From assembly GCA_963921275.4 (NCBI GenBank), contig OZ001293.3:288001-352000 (forward strand): DNA of 64,000 nucleotides, given 5' to 3'. This stretch comes from an uncultured Hormoscilla sp. (GTDB taxonomy: Bacteria > Cyanobacteriota > Cyanobacteriia > Cyanobacteriales > Desertifilaceae). Below, piece after piece: positions 53,822-64,000 of this stretch (within the stretch, counting starts at the first letter, position 1; each line of letters starts with the position of its first letter). The notes beneath the pieces were generated by a model. It was not told the origin of the DNA. It saw only the letters and a list, made by a program, of their open reading frames with translations, and did not search any database. The translations under genes were made by a program, and so were the position numbers.

Positions 53822-55560
53822 TTAGCTATTAGCAATACTCTCTTGGAGATTGTAGCTAGAAACTTGCAAGCGAAACATCCGCGCATAGAGACCATCATTG
53901 GCCATCAGTTGAGTGTGGTCTCCCACTTCGACAATGCGACTATTATCTAGCACGACAATGCGATCGGCCAAGAGGACAGTAGAAAAGCGGTGACTGACAA
54001 AGAAAGTCATTTTTCCCTAAGTTAGCTGGCGAAACTTATGAAACAATTGATATTCGGCTAAGGCATCTAAGGCGGCGGTGGGTTCGTCTAAAATGAGGAT
54101 GGGTGCATCTGTCATAAAAGCCCTGGCCATGCCAAATTTTTGCCATTGTCCCCCAGAGAGTTCAACTCCCGATGAGAACATCTTACCCAAAATTGTCTCA
54201 TATCCCCGATCGAGCCCAGCAATTAATTCTTGGGCTCCCCCATCAGCAGCAGCTTGCTGGAGACGAGACATGTTCGAGCGTTCTGGCAGGTTGCCAAAGC
54301 CAATATTATCCTGTACGCTCAGGTGATGGCGGGCAAAATCCTGAAAAATCACATCAATGTTGCGGCACAACTCTTGCAGGTCTAATTCCGACAGGGGAAT
54401 GCCATCCAGAGTGATTTCCCTAGTATCAATCATATAATCGAGTGAGGAGTTTCAGTAAAGCGGTTTTGCCAGCGCCGTTCAATCCTACTAGAGCAATACT
54501 TTCTCCTGGCTGTACGGTTAAGTTCAAATCAACTAGGGTGGGGCTGGTAGATCCGGAATAAGTGAAACTTACATTCCGCAACTCCAGACCTGTTTGCAGG
54601 GGACTGGGAAAAGGTTTGGGACTCTTTGGCGTCACCACGAGGGGCTGCAAGTCCAAGAATTCAAAATACTGACTGACATAGAGATTGGCATCGTAGATGT
54701 TGGCCACATTTTGGAGAATACCAGGAATGAGATTCTGAGCCTGGCCAAAAGCACCTGTATACATAGTGAAGTCTCCGAGGGTAATGGCTCCCATTACGGC
54801 CTGCACTACTGCCCAGATATAAGCTGTGTAAAAGCCCAAGTTAGCAACTATGCCTGCGCCACCGCGAACTGCTGCATACTTGCCTGCCAAAGCAGCTGAT
54901 GTTTGATTAAACTCGGTACGAATGTCGCGCCATTGCCCGAGTAAATATGCTCCCAGGTTAAACAAACGCACTTCTTTAGCATATTCGCCCTGAGTGAGCA
55001 GACGCTGCAAGTAGTCCGCTAGTCTTCCACTCTCGGTTTGAGAACGTAACATCCAGAAGCGCTTGCCAGAAAAAATCACTGCTACCCAGAAAGCTGGGAA
55101 ACCCGTGATTATAAGTATTCCGGCGATCGGGGGACTAAATCTGAGTAGCAAGGTAAGTAAGCTAAACAGGGTAAATATTTGTCCCAAGAGGGTGGTGAGG
55201 GTGCTAACCACTGTGACAGGATAGTAACTGCCACTTTTGCTGGCGCGACTGAGAGCATTATGAAACTCTGATGATTCATAATGAGCTAAATCCAGTTGCA
55301 CTGCTTGTACTAGCAGCACTCCATTGGCATGGAGGGTGAACCTGTCCTTAAATACTTGGGAGACATAGACGTTTACCTGGTTCAGCCCTTCCTGTAGTAG
55401 ACTGAGGCCAAACTTAAACCCACCAGTGTTAGTAAGGGCGTCCAGTCAACCTCTGTCTGTTTTACATTAATCAGAATCTGGTCTATAATCAGCTTGCTGA
55501 CGATCAGTTGCGCTGCTGGCAGCGCGGATCTAATCAGGGCGATCGCTAAAGATAATAGTT
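53822..55560 (-). pseudogene. ABC exporter (fused permease/ATPase), fragmented
   Basis: Walker A GLNGAGKT, ELSGGQWQK, ILDEPTAALD, SHRFST spread over several frames with stops; 5' end truncated. Confidence 0.88.
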
Positions 55561-55600
55561 AATTGCGTTTCCAGCCAGATTCAGTCAAGGGCGGGGCGGA

Positions 55601-56308
55601 TTAGGGAATCAAGGCCAATACTGATACGGGTGTTCCCGAACCTCCCCGGAGACGGAGAATGCCAATTACTAATGTAGCACCTGTAGGAGGCAGGCGATCG
55701 AGGTTGGTCAAATTTTCCAGGACAAGTTTCTGCTGGGACAGTACCAGCTTATTAATAGAGAAGGTGCTGTCTACTCCGGGGTCTACTCCGTGGGTGTCAA
55801 TTCCAACTCCGGCAATGCCTCTTTCTGCTAGCATAAAGCAGGTGGATTCAGTCCCGAACCCCGGAAATTGCTGCAAAAATGCTCGTGCATCGCCCCACTT
55901 GTTTTGCCAACCGGTGTATAATAGGACAATACTGCCGACGGGTATGCGATCGTGCTTTGATTCCCAACTGAGAATGTCATCTTTGGTTAAGGCATAATCG
56001 GGATTAGCCGCAGCGCGATCGCAAATATCGATCGCCACAGATGGGACAACCAGCGATCGGGCGGGATAGCGATCGATTCCGGGACCATCAGGATAAAAAC
56101 TCTTGGGTGCATTTATATGAGTCCCGCTATGTTCTCCCATGGAGAAGCGGCGCAGATAGTAACCATCTTGGTTTAACTCAGCTACTGACTCAAATTCAAT
56201 GGGAGGATCCCCTGGCCATCGGGGGATGTTGGGGTCGATAATATGGCTGAGGTCTATTACTTGACTGTAACTGATGGTTTCGATCGGATTTGAGTTGGAG
56301 TTCATCAC
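55601..56308 (-). CDS. Cyclase family (kynurenine formamidase-like) protein
   Basis: IDLSH, WPGDP, EHSGTHINAP, GIDTHGVD, LENLTNL. Confidence 0.9.
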   Translation of the reverse strand: MMNSNSNPIETISYSQVIDLSHIIDPNIPRWPGDPPIEFESVAELNQDGYYLRRFSMGEHSGTHINAPKSFYPDGPGIDRYPARSLVVPSVAIDICDRAAANPDYALTKDDILSWESKHDRIPVGSIVLLYTGWQNKWGDARAFLQQFPGFGTESTCFMLAERGIAGVGIDTHGVDPGVDSTFSINKLVLSQQKLVLENLTNLDRLPPTGATLVIGILRLRGGSGTPVSVLALIP

Positions 56309-56425
56309 GGTAATGGGTTGAGTTAGTCCACATCCTAGATTATGGTAACATATTAGCAGGGCTATTTTATGCTTGAGGGTGAATCAAAAATGATGCCAGA
56401 TGATTGAGAAGAAAAGAAACAGCAA

Positions 56426-57604
56426 ATGCAAAATATCAAGGAAGTAGTTGCCCAAGCTGCCCAGCATCTAACGGGGCAAGAAGATTTTCCAGGGGCGGCA
56501 AGTTGGTATATAGGCAGCAAAGTTGTCAAAGCAGATATAATTGAGTTCTTGGAGGATGCAGCGACTCGTTTTCTCCAGATTAAGGTTTCTAGTAAGGATA
56601 CTAAAGATTGGTTGATTGCCACGCTGTTAGAACATCCCCAACTATGGGATAGTTTTTTCCAGAGGTTTAACCAGGCTTTGGCCCTGCATCCTCCGGATGT
56701 AGAGTATATTTTGCAATGCTCCCGAACGGAACGCAAGCGTTGGGAGTCGGAAGGTAAACTGCCTGTAGTGGGTTCTGATTCTGTGAGGAAGCATGGCCAG
56801 GATTTGGTTTTTTCTCTGTTCGATCTGAGGGCGATCGCCCGGCTGTCTCCAGAGGAGATTTCGGCTTGGCGCAGCACTCACGCACAGTTGCTGAAACGTT
56901 CTCAAAAAATCGGAGCATATAAGGCCAAGGAAACTAAGGTAGAACATAACCGGACTCGTTTAGAATTTGGTTTAACTTGGCAAGAACTGTGCGAACAATG
57001 GGAAATCCGGGATGCTGCTGCTGCACCAGTGCTTAAGCTAGCTTATTGGTGTGTCTGGGTTTCTCGGTGGGCGAAGGAATATCAGATCCGGGCTCATCGC
57101 GCTAGGAAATATGCTGATGAGTATCGGGCTAAATCTGAGGAATATTATCAACTGAAGACTGAAATTGTTCGAGTTTTGGTGCGGTCTCCTTATGCCCAGT
57201 TGAGTTTTTATCGCCCCGATCGCCCTCACAAAATTATTTGGGACGATCGTGATTTTGATGATGAATATGATGAACCCGATCGCTTTTACGACCGACTCCG
57301 GGAACCAGTGCGTCAAATTAAAGATTACTTCTCTCTGTATTATTTATCCGTAGCCTCTGATCGCATTCCCGATGTCAGGTTTTCTTTCCACACCCCCTAT
57401 CCGATCGGGAAAAATTTCTTCCCTTTTCCGAATAGTTTACCGCAAGTAAATCATTCCGAACAAGAAGGACTATTCCGGTTTGGTCGGGTGCTTTTTGATA
57501 AGGAAAAGATTACTCACAGCGAAAAAATGACCTGTAAGCAGGTGGATTTTTATTTAGATTTGTTGCGACATCAACATGCTGCAATTGATCAATTAAATCA
57601 ATAG
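56426..57604 (+). CDS. Hypothetical protein
   Basis: Uninterrupted 392-aa ORF; no family recognised. Confidence 0.7.
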   Translation: MQNIKEVVAQAAQHLTGQEDFPGAASWYIGSKVVKADIIEFLEDAATRFLQIKVSSKDTKDWLIATLLEHPQLWDSFFQRFNQALALHPPDVEYILQCSRTERKRWESEGKLPVVGSDSVRKHGQDLVFSLFDLRAIARLSPEEISAWRSTHAQLLKRSQKIGAYKAKETKVEHNRTRLEFGLTWQELCEQWEIRDAAAAPVLKLAYWCVWVSRWAKEYQIRAHRARKYADEYRAKSEEYYQLKTEIVRVLVRSPYAQLSFYRPDRPHKIIWDDRDFDDEYDEPDRFYDRLREPVRQIKDYFSLYYLSVASDRIPDVRFSFHTPYPIGKNFFPFPNSLPQVNHSEQEGLFRFGRVLFDKEKITHSEKMTCKQVDFYLDLLRHQHAAIDQLNQ

Positions 57605-57674
57605 TGTTTATCCTTCTAAATTATAGCAGCAGCATGTTTAATTGGAGCAATTTTAAGGGTAAATGTCACACTCG

Positions 57675-58112
57675 TTAAACTGTAGAAGTTGCTTGCGGGC
57701 GATCGAGTCCCTGTTTGATCCAGTTGATACATTCTTGTTCCGATGGGAACAGCTTGGGTGCGGCAATATTTCTCAAGCTGTCGGGGGGATAATGATCGTA
57801 AAAATATTTCCCGCATTGTTGGTAGATGATAATCAGATTGTGGCGATAGGTATATCGAGATTTGAAATAATCTACCTGACTGAGGACATCGGTATGGCGA
57901 TCGAGATATTCTTTAGCAATTTCAATCAAGCTAGCAATGCCACCGGAATAGATCCCAGCGGGATTTTCTGATTTATGGAATTTACCTTTATGTCCCAGAT
58001 CGGATAGTAGCTTATAGGAGTAGATGGAGTAACCGTCCGCCATGCCAAAGACAAAGGGGACGATCAGATGTCCCCGATGGGAAACTGAGTTTTCGTAAAT
58101 TAACCTATTCAT
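57675..58112 (-). CDS. Conserved cyanobacterial hypothetical protein
   Basis: 145-aa ORF with FYDHYPP..L.NIAAPKLF. Confidence 0.65.
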   Translation of the reverse strand: MNRLIYENSVSHRGHLIVPFVFGMADGYSIYSYKLLSDLGHKGKFHKSENPAGIYSGGIASLIEIAKEYLDRHTDVLSQVDYFKSRYTYRHNLIIIYQQCGKYFYDHYPPDSLRNIAAPKLFPSEQECINWIKQGLDRPQATSTV

Positions 58113-58347
58113 GGTGCTTTTTGCGGTATAATCAGCGGTAGAGGAGATGCTGAGGTGAGTACCGGTATTTTATCACTATCAAGTCACTATGACCTCCGAT
58201 CGCGCAGGCGCAGCCGTGTGGCGCAGCCATGCGATCGCCGCCGTCACCCGTTCCCAGGCAGATGGGAACAAGGGGTGGGGCCTTGAGCAGCCCGCCGGGC
58301 TTAATTGCTTCCATCATCGATGGGGTAAACTACATCGATGGAGTCAA

Positions 58348-59115
58348 CTATGACAGCTGTTCGGGATCGATTCCTTGTTGGCGCAGTCGCGCTATCAAGA
58401 TTTGATAGCGCTGTTGTTCCTGTTCCAATTGAGTAATTGCTTCCAAAGCCCGTTGGCGTTCCCGTTCTGCCCGTTGGCGTTCCTGTTCTGCCCGTTGGTG
58501 TTCCCGTTCTGCCCGTTGGTGTTCCTGTTCGCGGAGTCGATCCAGTTCAACGGGAGTGAGGAACTTGCGCCCATCAGGACGATAAATTTCCAGGCTGTCC
58601 GATGTCAGTTCAAACCTGATTCCCAACCGGGGACTAACCCAACCATTCATCTGGCGAATCTCTTCTAAGCTTTCCCCAGAACGCTGCAACCCATCTAAGT
58701 ATATCCTCTCTGGGTCATAGATGTAATATTCCTGGACTCCATAGCGTTCGTAAAAGCCGAGTTTCCTGGTCATTTCTTTGAGTCGGTTGCCCGGAGATAG
58801 AATTTCAAACACCACCTGGGGAGCGATGTTATCTTCTTCCCACTGTCTGTAGGAACCTCTGTCTCCTTTTGGCCTGCCAAAGACAACCATCACATCGGGC
58901 GCTTGCCGAATTGTGTTATCTCCCTCAACGGGATACCATAATAGATCCCCCGCGACAAACAAATCCTCGATCGGGGCAAACAAGATTTCCAAGTTTTCTT
59001 TGATTATCACAATCCAGCGGAATTGTTTGGTATTATCAGCCATTGGTTGACCGTCACTATCGGGATAGATGATTTCTGTTTTTTTCTCAGCGAGGACTTC
59101 TTGTACCTGTACCAT
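58348..59115 (-). CDS. Uma2 family (DUF820) endonuclease-like protein
   Basis: YPDSDGQPMADNT.QF, APDVMVVFG, VFEILSPGN, YGVQEYYIYDP, ERQRAE tail. Confidence 0.93.
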   Translation of the reverse strand: MVQVQEVLAEKKTEIIYPDSDGQPMADNTKQFRWIVIIKENLEILFAPIEDLFVAGDLLWYPVEGDNTIRQAPDVMVVFGRPKGDRGSYRQWEEDNIAPQVVFEILSPGNRLKEMTRKLGFYERYGVQEYYIYDPERIYLDGLQRSGESLEEIRQMNGWVSPRLGIRFELTSDSLEIYRPDGRKFLTPVELDRLREQEHQRAEREHQRAEQERQRAERERQRALEAITQLEQEQQRYQILIARLRQQGIDPEQLS

Positions 59116-59234
59116 TGGTGCTTTACCTCCAGCGAACTTTGGTCATGAATCTTGCCAAAGCTATCCATTTCTATTATAATCTAACATATAAATCATCCGC
59201 GATCGAGCAAATCTGTTTGTTACCACCCTTGTTT

Positions 59235-60113
59235 ATGTCGAGCAGTTTTTTACCCCCGGAAGTCACGCAACTGACAGAGTCTACTTCTATTACTCTGGCC
59301 CAAAGGATCCAGTGTCAGCAGATCGCCACTCCTCTGAACGATCGGCCAATTCCGACCGCCTACGTGCATGAGGGGAAAGGCGGTACCCCGATTTTATTAT
59401 TGCACGGTTTTGACAGTTCCGTGCTGGAATTCCGCCGCCTCTTCCCCCTACTGGCCCCTGAATCAGAAACTTGGGCGATCGACTTGTTAGGTTTTGGCTT
59501 TACAGAACGCATTCCGGGCATTACCCCAGAAACCATTAAAGCACATCTCTATGCTTGCTGGCAAAGTTTTATCGATCGGCCAGTAATTTTGGTGGGGGTG
59601 TCCATGGGAGGTGCTGCTGCGATAGATTTTAGCATCTGTTACCCGAAAGCTGTCAAAAAGCTAGCGTTAATTGACAGTGCGGGTTTTGCTAAAGCCCCAG
59701 CAATGCAGGGATTTTGCTTGACTCCCTTGGTATACCTGGCGGCTGAATTTCTGCGTCAGCCGAAGGTGCGCCAGAATGCCGGTCAAAAGGCTTACTATGA
59801 CCGGAAGTTGGCTTCCCTTGATGCTAATTTATGTGCATCCCTACACCTGAAAATGCCCAATTGGCGTCAAAGTATGGTAGAGTTTACTAAGAGTGGTGGT
59901 TATAACTTTTTGGCCGATCGCATTTCTGAAGTTAAGCAGGAGACCTTGATTTTGTGGGGAGACTCGGATAAGATATTGGGAACGTCCGATGCAGAAAGGT
60001 TCCAGAAGGCGATCGGCGGTTCACAACTGATCTGGATCGAAGAGTGCGGTCACGTACCGCACCTGGAGAAGCCGGAAATTACTGCCAAGCACATTCTCGC
60101 CTTCCGCGATTAA
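59235..60113 (+). CDS. Alpha/beta hydrolase
   Basis: LLHGFDSS, DLLGFGFT, GVSMGG, CGHVPHLE. Confidence 0.92.
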   Translation: MSSSFLPPEVTQLTESTSITLAQRIQCQQIATPLNDRPIPTAYVHEGKGGTPILLLHGFDSSVLEFRRLFPLLAPESETWAIDLLGFGFTERIPGITPETIKAHLYACWQSFIDRPVILVGVSMGGAAAIDFSICYPKAVKKLALIDSAGFAKAPAMQGFCLTPLVYLAAEFLRQPKVRQNAGQKAYYDRKLASLDANLCASLHLKMPNWRQSMVEFTKSGGYNFLADRISEVKQETLILWGDSDKILGTSDAERFQKAIGGSQLIWIEECGHVPHLEKPEITAKHILAFRD

Positions 60114-60153
60114 AAGGTTTGTACTAAAGTTTGTACTAAAGTTTGTGCTAAAG

Positions 60154-60330
60154 TTCGTAGTAAGGACTTAGTCCTTGCACTCCGGAAACACTAAAGTGTT
60201 TACTACGAACCCCCGAAGCACTAAAGTGCTTACTACGAACTCCGGAAACACTTTAGTGTTTACTACAAACCCCGGAAAGACTTTAGTGTTTACTACGAAC
60301 TCCGGAAACACTAAAGTGCTTACTACGAAC
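60154..60330. repeat. Tandem 30-bp REP-like array with one inverted unit
   Basis: Five units of tccggaaacactaaagtgtttactacgaac-like sequence at 60181-60330, preceded by an inverted gttcgtagtaaggact unit. Confidence 0.88.
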
Positions 60331-60352
60331 CAACTAACAAGGTAAAAAGAAA

Positions 60353-61318
60353 ATGATTTCACCGAATCAATTAATTCTTGCCCTCGACTTTGGAGGCACT
60401 AAACACGCAGCCGCGATCGTTCAAAGCGGAGACAGAAAGTGGCAGAAAGGTCGCCGCGTCCTTTCTCCTCCCTTCGCTGGTGCTAGCGTCGATCGCGAAA
60501 TTATGCGATCGCTCATCCACCAGTTGCTGCAAGGAGAAAAACCAGGGGCGATCGGGGTAAGTTTTGGCGGACCAATAGACGCCACCACGGGCACAGTACG
60601 GCTTTCCCATCACGTCCTGGGTTGGAAAAATACTCCTCTGCGGGAACTCTTAGAAACCGAATATGGCGCACCCGTCAGCGTAGACAATGACGCCAATGTA
60701 GCAGCATTAGGAGAATATCGGTTTGGGGCGGGAAAGGGTTACGATAGTATGTTTTATATTACCATCAGTACGGATGTAGGAGGGGGATAGATTCTGAATG
60801 GACGGCCTTGGCGGGGTGCTGATGGCATGGCAGGAAAAATAGGTCATATAGTAGTCGATCCAGAAGGACCAAAATGCTTGTGTGGGAAGCGCGGATGTGT
60901 GGAACGTTTCGCTTCGGGACCATATATTGCCCAAACAGCGCAGCAGTTCTTGCAGCAGCAACCACATCGAGGTGAATTATTGCGGAATTTGGCAGGAAAT
61001 AATTTGTCAGATATAACTGCACAATTAGTCAGTCAAGCGGCAGCCCAAGGAGATAATCTAGCTAGTGAAGTATTAGAAGTAGCAGGATGGGCCCTAGGAG
61101 TAGGGATTGGAAATGTGGCGAATTTGATCAATCCTCAGCTTTTTGTGTTGGGGGGAGGCGTGACGAAAGCAGGGGCAAAGTTTTGGGAAGCAGTGCGTCT
61201 GGTTGCCCGGAAGACTGCTTTACCAGAAGTTAATTTTGAAATTGTTCCTGCTGCTCTGTCAGATGAAGCCCCGCTGTGGGGTGCGGTGGCATTGGCAGAA
61301 GATTTACTTGGTTCGTAG
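60353..61318 (+). pseudogene. ROK family sugar kinase with nonsense mutation
   Basis: LDFGGTK, DNDANVAALGE, GHIVV..CLCGKRGCVE; in-frame TAG at 60788-60790. Confidence 0.88.
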
Positions 61319-61376
61319 TAAGCACTTTAGTGCTTGCTCTATACTATAATTACAGCAACTAATTCACGGGATTACT

Positions 61377-61988
61377 ATGACACAAATCATCCAGGCAAAT
61401 ACATTAACATTACACGATGTTAAGGAAAAGTTTAGCATCCAGCTTATTGATGACGAAGATTTTTTCCCCGAATGGCAATATAATTTGCCACAGGTGACTG
61501 AGGCGGAAAAAGAATGGCTCGATCGGATGAAAGCAGATTTCCTTTCTCTAGAAGAGTACCCCTTCCACGAAGAAATTGTCAAGCTGGCTGTCTTGGGCCC
61601 TTTGCTGTCCTTAGCAGGTTTATTTGGTCATCCTTTTCATCCGGAGGTTGAGGTAATAGTTGAGGCTGAAGATGAGGAAGAAGTTATACGCGGAAGTATT
61701 GATGTGTTGATTTTACGGCAAAATTTTTGGGTAACATTAATAGAGGCAAAAAATCAACAGTTTAGTCTGGTAAAAGCTTTGCCGCAAGCTTTGTTTTATA
61801 TGCTGAAAAATCCTCATCCTGAGAAATCAACCTTTGGCTTGATGACGAATGGCAGTCATTTCACCTTTATCAAACTTACTCGGCAGGATACTCCTAAGTA
61901 CGGGTTGTCTGAAGAGTTTAGTTTGTATCGCCGGGGTAATGAGTTATACCGGGTTTTGAGTATTTTGAGGCGGTTGGGAGATTTATAA
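61377..61988 (+). CDS. Type I restriction endonuclease R N-terminal-like (PD-(D/E)XK) protein
   Basis: IRGSIDVL, LIEAK, LPQAL.YM, GLMTNG..F.FIKL. Confidence 0.75.
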   Translation: MTQIIQANTLTLHDVKEKFSIQLIDDEDFFPEWQYNLPQVTEAEKEWLDRMKADFLSLEEYPFHEEIVKLAVLGPLLSLAGLFGHPFHPEVEVIVEAEDEEEVIRGSIDVLILRQNFWVTLIEAKNQQFSLVKALPQALFYMLKNPHPEKSTFGLMTNGSHFTFIKLTRQDTPKYGLSEEFSLYRRGNELYRVLSILRRLGDL

Positions 61989-62079
61989 ACGAGCGATCGC
62001 CCTATTGGCTTGACTTCGCTTTCATCCCGCCGGGGGTTCAAACCCCCGGCTAATAGCTAAAGTCGGTTAAAACCGACTA

Positions 62080-62951
62080 GGGTGTGTCATCAATCAAATT
62101 GCTTGACAGAAGTAGATGGATACGATATGGAGTCCTTATCCAGCAATAACAATCAAGAGGGCATGATATGAGACGCTATGGCTTGCGAGACGACCAGTGG
62201 GAACGGATCGAACACCTTTTACCTGGTAAAGAGGGTGACCCAGGCGCTACAGCCAAGAACAATAGATTATTCGTGTTCTGCCGTGTTATATCGATATCGT
62301 GCTGGCATTCCCTGGCGGGATTTACCGGAGTGTTTTGGGGATTTTCGGGTTGTTCATACCCGCCATACCCGTTGGTCTGAAAAGGGAGTTTGGAAGCAGG
62401 TATTCGATGTCTTGGCCTCAGACGCCGATAACGAATACGCCGCGATTGATGCCACCATCCTGCGTGCCCATCAACGAGCGTGCGGGTGCAAAAAAAACAC
62501 CCTCAGATACGTGCGAAACCCAAGCCATAGGCCGTAGTAAAGGGGGACTATCGACAAAGATTCATGCCACTTGCGATTGCCCAAGGCAATCCCACAGGAT
62601 TTCATCTTACCCCTGGCCAAGCCCACGACGGGAAAGGCGCTGACGTGCTATTGGATAAAATCGGTGAGATTGGCGCGCTGCTTGCAGATAAAGCCTATGA
62701 TGCGGAACAACGTGTGCTCGAGCGCCTGAAAGAGGCGGATTGGATGGCTGTCATTCCTCCAAAAAGTAACCGCACAGAACACAGAGAATACGATGAAGAA
62801 ATGTACAAGTGGCGGCATCTAATTGAAAATCTATTCCAAAAACTCAAGCAATACAGGGCTCTGGCGACACGCTACGATAAAACGGCTCGCAATTTCTTGG
62901 GTGCCATCTACCTCGCGGCAGCTGTAATATGGCTTAATTGATGACACGCCC
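62080..62951 (+). mobile_element. IS5-family element (frameshifted transposase)
   Basis: TIRs gggtgtgtcatcaat / attgatgacacgccc flanked by [44 protein letters not shown]. Confidence 0.9.
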
Positions 62952-62975
62952 TAATATCATTTGAATTTATCAACC

Positions 62976-63066
62976 ATAAGGACTAAGAAACCCGGTTTCT
63001 CCAAGAAACCGGGTTTCTGGGTACTCCCAACGATAAGGACTAAGAAACCGAGTTTCTGGGTACTCT
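62976..63066. repeat. AGAAACC(C/G)GGTTTCT palindromic repeat cluster
   Basis: ataaggactaagaaacc..gtttct...gggtactc duplicated. Confidence 0.7.
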
Positions 63067-63080
63067 TAGACTTGGACAGG

Positions 63081-64000
63081 TTAAATGTTGCTACATTCTA
63101 AGCCCTGTAATTCCCTCCCTTTCCTGTCATCTTGCTGGTGGGCGGTGCCCACCCTACAGAGACATTCTATTCTCGAAATTGCTGCTGCTGCTTCCTCTTC
63201 ATCTTCAGCTTGCTTCGCATGGTAATGGGCTAAATGTAGCGGTTTGATGTCCTCTATTTCTTGCCATTCCGCTTCCGGTTTGAGGGGAATATTCAAGAAA
63301 TAATTGTATGCTTGACGATGGGCTGCGCGCAGGTTTTCGAGTTTTTCACATAGCATTATTTCGCCCTTGGCCCGCCGGAGGGGATGCAGTTGAAAAGATC
63401 GGAGTTCGGGGTGATAAGATAATAAATGTCGGCGTTTGAGGGCGCGGATGATATCTTCTTTCAATTCATACAAACTCACTTCTGGCATCTGTGCGGCAAT
63501 GGCGCCACAGTCCAGGGGATATTCTGTTGTTTGATAGATGGAAATGCGGCCCAGACATGTCCGTTCTATGTCGCTGAGACGCGCTATAATTTCATCTGTC
63601 AGCTTTTCTAGCTCCCGAATTAGCAGCCAGTCTCTATCCTGCAAAAACTTGCCGACGTTGCCAGCAAATTCCAAGTCATTGATAATTAAGGTGGCAAGCT
63701 GTTCTAAGGCTTGGGGATGGCCTTGATAGCCTGTAGCTAGTCGTGCTAATTCTGAGTCTGAGGCCGTCAGGTGAAAAGTTTGCAGCAGGGCAATGGCAGC
63801 TTCTGGTTGCAGTCCTGTCAGGGGCAGTTCCCGGGTGAAAGTAGGGGGCATTTCGGCTATGCTTTCCCGACTGATAAAGAGGATCTTGCTCTGATGTTCC
63901 GTTGCTACCAGTTCTCGGAATAACCATTTATATTCGAGACAGTCATTGGCAATATATCCCGCCGTGCTGGCGGCGCGGCTTTGCAAGACTGTCTCGACGC
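63081..64000 (-). CDS. C-terminal part of an NB-ARC/STAND ATPase-like protein (runs off the window)
   Basis: SKILFISRE, L.GL....AIALL, GHPQAL, winged-helix-like L.RRHLL...FQLHPL. Confidence 0.65.
   Translation of the reverse strand, partial: VETVLQSRAASTAGYIANDCLEYKWLFRELVATEHQSKILFISRESIAEMPPTFTRELPLTGLQPEAAIALLQTFHLTASDSELARLATGYQGHPQALEQLATLIINDLEFAGNVGKFLQDRDWLLIRELEKLTDEIIARLSDIERTCLGRISIYQTTEYPLDCGAIAAQMPEVSLYELKEDIIRALKRRHLLSYHPELRSFQLHPLRRAKGEIMLCEKLENLRAAHRQAYNYFLNIPLKPEAEWQEIEDIKPLHLAHYHAKQAEDEEEAAAAISRIECLCRVGTAHQQDDRKGRELQGLECSNI

Noticed and set aside
58441..58530. 21-bp repeats
   Set aside because: They encode the ordinary ERQRAE coiled-coil tail of Uma2 proteins
60181..60330. 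Possible CRISPR array
   Set aside because: 30-bp head-to-tail units without unique spacers
60788..60790. Stop-codon recoding as an explanation for in-frame stops
   Set aside because: Stops are a mix of TAG and TAA at different expected residues and both codons end normal genes; nonsense mutation is simpler

Overview
64-kb window from a HIP1 (GCGATCGC)-rich filamentous cyanobacterium showing strong gene erosion and heavy mobile-DNA load. Housekeeping blocks: rplS-tRNA(Trp)-secE-nusG-rplK-rplA-L10 leader-rplJ-rplL; phosphoglucomutase; rdgB, glnB, queF, ccsB, ccdA. Accessory content: a bufferin-type MNIO (DUF692) RiPP cluster split by an IS982; a three-element nested IS (IS4 containing an IS1 and a DUF6399-type element, each with TIRs and TSDs); ISAs1, ISKra4+IS1, IS701-like, IS1634 and IS5 remnants; two related ORF-less group II introns; and an icfG-like partner-switching/glycogen cluster. 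That cluster ends in a SpoIIE phosphatase and an adenylate cyclase that share a duplicated sensor module. Several families of very small mobile repeats are present, some inserted in frame in genes. The most unusual observation is a 36-bp direct repeat flanking a unique 36-bp insert inside an ABC transporter gene, which resembles an off-target CRISPR spacer integration. All calls come from reading the sequence and ORF track by eye; no searches were run.
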